Source: Ehrlichia sp. (GTDB taxonomy: Bacteria; Pseudomonadota; Alphaproteobacteria; Rickettsiales; Anaplasmataceae). From it: a stretch of 64,000 nucleotides of DNA. Shown here in pieces: positions 58,180 through 64,000 of the stretch. Every line of letters starts with the position of its first letter. The stretch's first letter is position 1. The notes below the pieces were generated by a model that had not been told where the DNA came from, ran no database searches, and saw only the letters and a list, made by a program, of their open reading frames with translations. The DNA lies in NCBI GenBank assembly GCA_052043515.1, contig JBQEQX010000001.1:1085726-1149725 (forward strand), in the 5' to 3' direction. A program made the position numbers and the translations under genes.

Positions 58180-60566
58180 ATGGACAGTTATAACGCAAGC
58201 TCGATTACTGTTTTGAAGGGGCTTGATGCAGTAAAAAAAAGACCAGGTATGTATATTGGTGATGTTGGTGACGGATCTGGGCTACATCACATGGTATATG
58301 AAGTTATTGATAATTCTATAGATGAAGCACTTGCTGGATTTTGCAATAAAATAGATATTGTTATTCAGAGTGATGGTGCAATTTCTGTTATAGATAACGG
58401 AAGAGGTATACCAGTAGATGTGCACCAAGATGAGGGTATGTCTGCTGCTGAAGTAATTATGACACAATTACATGCCGGAGGTAAATTTGACCATAATAGT
58501 TATAAAGTTTCAGGTGGTCTTCATGGTGTTGGGATATCGGTTGTGAATGCTCTCTCAAGTTGGTTAGAATTAACTATATGGCGCAATAATAAAGAATATT
58601 TTATGCGTTTTGAGAATGGTGTAACAGTTAAGCAGCTATCTGTTGTTAATGAGAATGTTACGAAGAAAGGGACTAAAATTACTTTTTTGCCATCTAAGGA
58701 TATTTTTTTCATTTATTAATTTTAATTATGTAACATTAGAAAGTCGTATAAGGGAGTTGTCGTTCCTTAATTCTAATATTAATATGAATCTAAAAGATTT
58801 AAGGAGCAATCCTGTACTAAACTCATCCTTTGGTTTGAAAGCCGGTGACATAGAAGATAAAGGAACTTCGGGTTTTGTGAAGTATCTTGATCGCAATAAA
58901 AGTCCTGTAACTCAGATTGTTCATATAGAAGGAATTGTAGTCGAACATGGAATTAGTTTAGAGTTATCAATGCATTGGAATGATTCTTATTATGAGAATA
59001 TGTTATGCTTTACAAATAATATCCGACAAAGGGATGGTGGTACTCATCTTGCGGGATTCAGGTCAGCAATGACGCGCTGTATCAATAATTACGGAATAAA
59101 TGAGGGGTTTTTAAAGAAAGCTAAAGTAAGTATTCTAGGAGAAGATGTAAGGGAGGGATTGACTTGTGTATTATCAATAAAATTGCCTGATCCTAAATTT
59201 TCATCTCAAACTAAAGACAAATTAGTGAGTTCTGAAGCTAGAACTGCTGTAGAGAACATAGTATATGAAAAGCTTACAAATATTTTTGAAACTAACCCTA
59301 AATTGGCAGCTAGTATTATGGAACGAGTAATCAGATCTGCTAAAGGAAGGGAAGCTGCTCGTAGAGCAAGAGATCTTATAAAGAGTAAAAACGGATTTGA
59401 TTTTACTATTTTGCCTGGGAAATTAGCAGATTGCCAAGAAAAGTCTCCAGAACTGTCTGAGTTGTTTATTGTAGAGGGTAACTCCGCAGGTGGTTCAGCA
59501 AAACAAGGACGCGATAGACGTTCTCAAGCTGTATTATCCTTAAAAGGTAAAATATTGAATGTGGAGCGTGCAAGTTTAGATCGCATATTGTCATCAGCAG
59601 AGATAGCATCGTTAATTACTGCAATAGGCACCAATATTGGAGCTGAAAATTTTGATATTGAAAAAGTACGTTATCATAAAGTGATTATTATGACGGATGC
59701 GGATGTTGATGGATCACATATTAGAACTTTGTTGCTAACGTTTTTTTTCCGTTATATGCGTGAAATTATAGAAAAAGGGTATTTATATATTGCTCAGCCT
59801 CCACTTTATAAAGTTACAAAACATAAGAAAGAATTCTATATAAAAAACGATGACATGCTACATGATTATATCATTAATAGTGCAGTAAAGGATTTGACTC
59901 TCACTGGAAATAAGAATTATTCAGGAGATAGTTTATCTAAGCTTTTACATCAATGTATGAGTATTAGTAAAATAACGAAGTCTTACAATAGGATCATTCC
60001 TCAAGATGTTTTAGAATCGTTAATTATTTTCTTTAAAAGGTACGGTTTTAGCTCTGCGTGTGCGATATCTGATCACCTGAATAAGGTCTTTTGCGAATAT
60101 AAATGGAGTGTTGAAATATCTGAAGTAGGTGAGATAAGTATGTTTAGATTATCGCATGGATTAGTTGATAAATATCATATCGATAGTTCTATAATGAATT
60201 CAGAAGATATCCTGCATGTTGTTAATATATGTAATGAAGTGGAAGAAATTTTTTGACAATACCCCGATATTATCTACAAGAGACAATAACATAAAAATAA
60301 GTTCACCGACTTCTTTGGTCGATAATATCATTGAATTTGGTAAGAGAGATATGGCTTTACAGAGATTTAAGGGGTTAGGCGAAATGAATGCAGATCAATT
60401 ATGGGATACCACATTAAATCCTGAGACAAGAACCTTGCTTAAAATCAAGATATCTGACTGTGAAGCTGCTGACTCGATATTTTCAGTGCTAATGGGTGAT
60501 TTTGTGGAACCAAGACGTGATTTTATTAATAATAATGCTCTGAATGTGCAAAACATAGATGCATAG
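58180..60566 (+). CDS. gyrB: DNA gyrase subunit B (2 frameshifts)
   Basis: [49 protein letters not shown]. Confidence 0.98.
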
Positions 60567-60875
60567 TTTTTATTATAAGTTATGACATCACATGGACTTA
60601 ATTCAGTGTGTGGGTGCTGTGTCTTTGTGTCACAGAACGTAGTGGCATGAATCTATTATCGTTTGAAAATTAGGAGTCAATTTAAGTAAATAAAAAAATT
60701 AGCTATTATTTTATGAACAAAACATAATTTATGATATAGTGAGTTTTAATGCTGGTTTGGGAAACACGTTAGAAACAACAAAGTATGAAAAGTTTTAATT
60801 ATATAATTTATTGACGTTAGGCAGCAAAATGATAAAATGTGCTAGAATTATATGTGGTTTATAGCTGGGGGTGTT

Positions 60876-61095
60876 ATGGCTAAAAAAGGGGGCTAAGGTT
60901 GCGAAAACAGCAAGTAAGAATAATCCATTACAACGTAAGAAGGGTATAGCTCAAAAGATACACAATGGTAAAGCTATAAAGCCAGTTAAGTATATTGATA
61001 GAGAATTGGGACAAATTTTTATGGCTTGCCAGTATGATAATGGCGATTTGGCAGAAGATGATTCAGGTAACCCAATAAAGTGGGCTGGTGTATAG
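60876..61095 (+). CDS. small basic hypothetical protein (MAKKGAKVAK..., 1 frameshift at start)
   Basis: 72 aa after removing one base from the aaaaaaggggg run; ends 9 nt before nuoG. Confidence 0.7.
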
Positions 61096-61104
61096 GGTTA
61101 ATTT

Positions 61105-63158
61105 GTGGTTAAGCTGGTTATAGATTCTTTGGAAGTAGAAGTAGAAGATGGTGTGACTGTATTGCAGGCTTGTGAAGTTTCTGGCGTACAGGTGCCGAGG
61201 TTTTGCTATCATGAAAGGCTTGCTATAGCTGGTAATTGCAGGATGTGTTTAGTAGAAATCGTTGGTGGACCACCTAAACCTGTAGCTTCTTGTGCGATGC
61301 CCGTAGCAGAAGGCATGGTCGTGAAAACTAATACTGATAAGATAAAAAAAGCTAGAGAAGGGGTGCTCGAGTTATTATTGATTAATCATCCCTTGGATTG
61401 TCCAATCTGTGATCAAGGTGGGGAGTGTGATTTACAAGATCAAACAGTGTTATATGGGAGAGGTCAAAGCAGATATAAGCAAGAAAAAAAGGGCTGTAAA
61501 AAAAGAAAAATTTTGGACCTCTAATAGAAAATACGATGACCAGATGTATACATTGTACCAGGTGTATCAGATTCTTATCAGATATTGCTGGTAGTTATGA
61601 ATTAGGCACCTTGGGTCGTGGAGAAAGTATGGAGGTAGATACATATATTTCTAAATGTATTACTTCAGAATTATCTGGGAATATAATAGACCTTTGTCCG
61701 GTTGGTGCATTAACTTCAAAACCTTATGCATTCAAAGCTAGATCTTGGGAGTTACGTCATTGTGAAACGATAGATGTATTAGACGCTGTATGCAGTAATA
61801 TTAGAGTTGACACACGTGGTTTGGAGGTCATGAGAATATTACCCAGATTAAATGAAGAAGTAAATGAGGAGTGGATATCAGATAAAAGTCGTTTTTCTTA
61901 CGATGGATTGAAATTACAGAGGTTGGATAGACCATATGTGAGAAAGGATGGGTATTTGCTACCTGTAACATGGGAAGAAGCTTTCGGTGTGATTTCCAAG
62001 AAGATTAGCAGCACTGATGGTAAAAAGATTGCAGCAATTGTTGGTGATTTAGCGGACTGTGAATCTATATTTTTGCTAAAAGAGCTGATGCATAAGCTAG
62101 GAAGCCACAATATAGAATGTAGACAAGATGGCTCAGTATTACCTAGTGATAACAGGTCATTGTATTTGTTTAATACTGGTATATCTAATATAAAGGATGC
62201 GGATCTGTGTTTATTAATAAATACAAATATAAGATTTGAGGCACCTATAATAAATGCAAGGTTGCGTAAACGCTACTTACATGGAGGATTTAGAATTGCT
62301 AGCCTAGGATTATATAACGATTTCAATTATGAAGTAGAAAATTTAGGAGATCGTTGTTCAATTTTAGAAGATATATTGTATGAGAGAATACCTTTTTCTA
62401 ACTTATTAAAGGATGCAAAAAATCCTATTATGATAATAGGACAGGATGCATTACTAGGTAAAAACGGTGGGTCTATATTTGGTTTAGCAGTTAGAATTTC
62501 AGAAAAATTTAATGTTGTAAGAGATGATTGGAATGGGTTTAATGTTTTACATAAAGCTGCTGCTAGGGTTGGAGCTCTAGATATTGGTTTCGTTCCTAGC
62601 TCTAATAATAATATAATCCCTGATATAGTTGATGGGATAGGTTCTGGTCAAATGGAAGTTTTATATCTTTTAGGAGCAGACGAAGTTGACATTACACCTT
62701 CTGGGTCTTCATTTATTATATATCAAGGTCATCATGGAGATAGAGGGGCTCAAATTGCAGATGTAGTATTACCTGGTGCAGCATACACAGAAAAAAATGC
62801 GACTTATGTTAATACTGAAGGTAGAGTACAGAGGACAAACATTGCTGTTTCTCCTCCTGGAATTGCAAAAGAAGATTGGTTGATTATTTCAGAGTTGTCC
62901 AAATATTTAAAAGTAGATATGCAATATGATAGCCTAGATTGTGTGAGAAATAAGTTGTCGGCATTAGGGCAACAGTTCCACGAAGAAAACATTGGTAATT
63001 TAGTTTCGAATAAATGGACTTTTGTTAATACTGACATTGCTTTAGAAGAGAGTAGTGTATTTATTGTTAAAAATTTTAATTTTTATATGACAGATCCAAT
63101 TAGTCGTGCTTCGATTATAATGGCAAATTGTGTAAAGGCTTTTGCAAATAAAAGTTAG
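61105..63158 (+). CDS. nuoG: NADH-quinone oxidoreductase subunit G (2 frameshifts near 61484-61510)
   Basis: [52 protein letters not shown]. Confidence 0.97.
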
Positions 63159-63164
63159 GTTAAT

Positions 63165-64000
63165 ATGCGTTATTACGATATTCTTTTAGACTTTTTAAAT
63201 TACATAAGTGGTGGTGCTGCATTATTTATAAAAATAATTATCACAATAATTTCAGTCATGATCTCTGTTGCTTATTTAGTATATATGGAGCGTAAAGTTA
63301 TTGCAGCAATACAGTTAAGACAAGGACCAAGTGTTGTTGGCCCATTTGGGTTACTCCAACCCTTCGCTGATGCAATAAAACTTATTATTAAAGAGCCTAT
63401 TATACCTTTTAAATCAAATAAGATATGTTTTTTTTATTGCTCCAATTATTACCTTTACTTTAGCTCTTTTAGGGTGGGCTGTTATTCCATTTGGTGCTGA
63501 TGTCGTTATAAATAATGGACATGAGATAATAATACCTCGTGCTATTGCTAATATAAACGTTGGGGTGTTGTATATTCTTGCTATCTCTTCTCTTGGAGTT
63601 TATGGAATTATAATAGCTGGATGGTCAAGTAACTCCAATTATGCTTTTTTAGGTGCAATTAGGTCTGCATCACAAATGATATCATATGAGGTATCGATAG
63701 GTCTTACCATAGTAACAGTATTGTTAACTACCGGATCATTAAAATTGGGCGAAATAGTTATAGCACGACATAGCATGCCTTACTGGATAGATTTATTATT
63801 ATTGCCTATGGCATGTGTTTTTTTTATTTCAGCTTTAGCTGAAACCAACAGGCACCCTTTTGACTTGCCAGAGGCAGAGTCAGAGTTGGTTTCTGGATAT
63901 AATGTTGAATATTCATCCATGCCATTTGCGTTATTCTTTTTAGGCGAGTATGCAAACATGATATTAATTAATGCAATGGCTGTGATATTTTTCTTTGGTG
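63165..64000 (+). CDS. nuoH: NADH-quinone oxidoreductase subunit H (partial, 1 frameshift)
   Basis: [29 protein letters not shown]; downstream [28 protein letters not shown]. Confidence 0.97.

Noticed and set aside
3272..63500. Mass pseudogenisation or programmed frameshifting of split genes
   Set aside because: Breaks hit essential genes, always as +1 in homopolymers, with otherwise intact motifs; best explained by assembly error
1..64000. CRISPR array, IS/transposase, rRNA, dif site
   Set aside because: No repeat-spacer periodicity, transposase motifs, rRNA signatures or convincing XerC/D site seen

Overview
AT-rich chromosomal segment of an obligate intracellular alphaproteobacterium of the Anaplasmataceae, most likely Ehrlichia. 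The gene order argG-argJ-xth-fabG-putA-bioA-phage genes-rpoH-ankyrin giant-atpG...isc operon-lysS-truA-pyrB-gyrB-nuoG/H matches my recollection of Ehrlichia synteny. More than 25 genes, including essential ones, are split by one extra base in 5-9 nt homopolymer runs, almost certainly assembly overcalls, so features are given as repaired genes. The most interesting element is a compact, integrase-less, gene-transfer-agent (GTA)-like module on the minus strand at 14.2-18.5 kb. It contains a head-tail connector, a tail terminator, a tail tube gene that the ORF track misses entirely, a Lys/Arg-rich orphan and a large terminase of a non-RcGTA motif type. Other notable items are a ~2,700-aa ankyrin protein with an unassigned globular domain and a 414-nt internal duplication, a decayed gene with an IQM-like HS...SG(H)Y.P motif, and an Rrf2/IscR-cysteine desulfurase fusion. 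Three tRNAs are present (Met, Ser-GCT, Thr-TGT). No CRISPR array, IS element or rRNA was seen.
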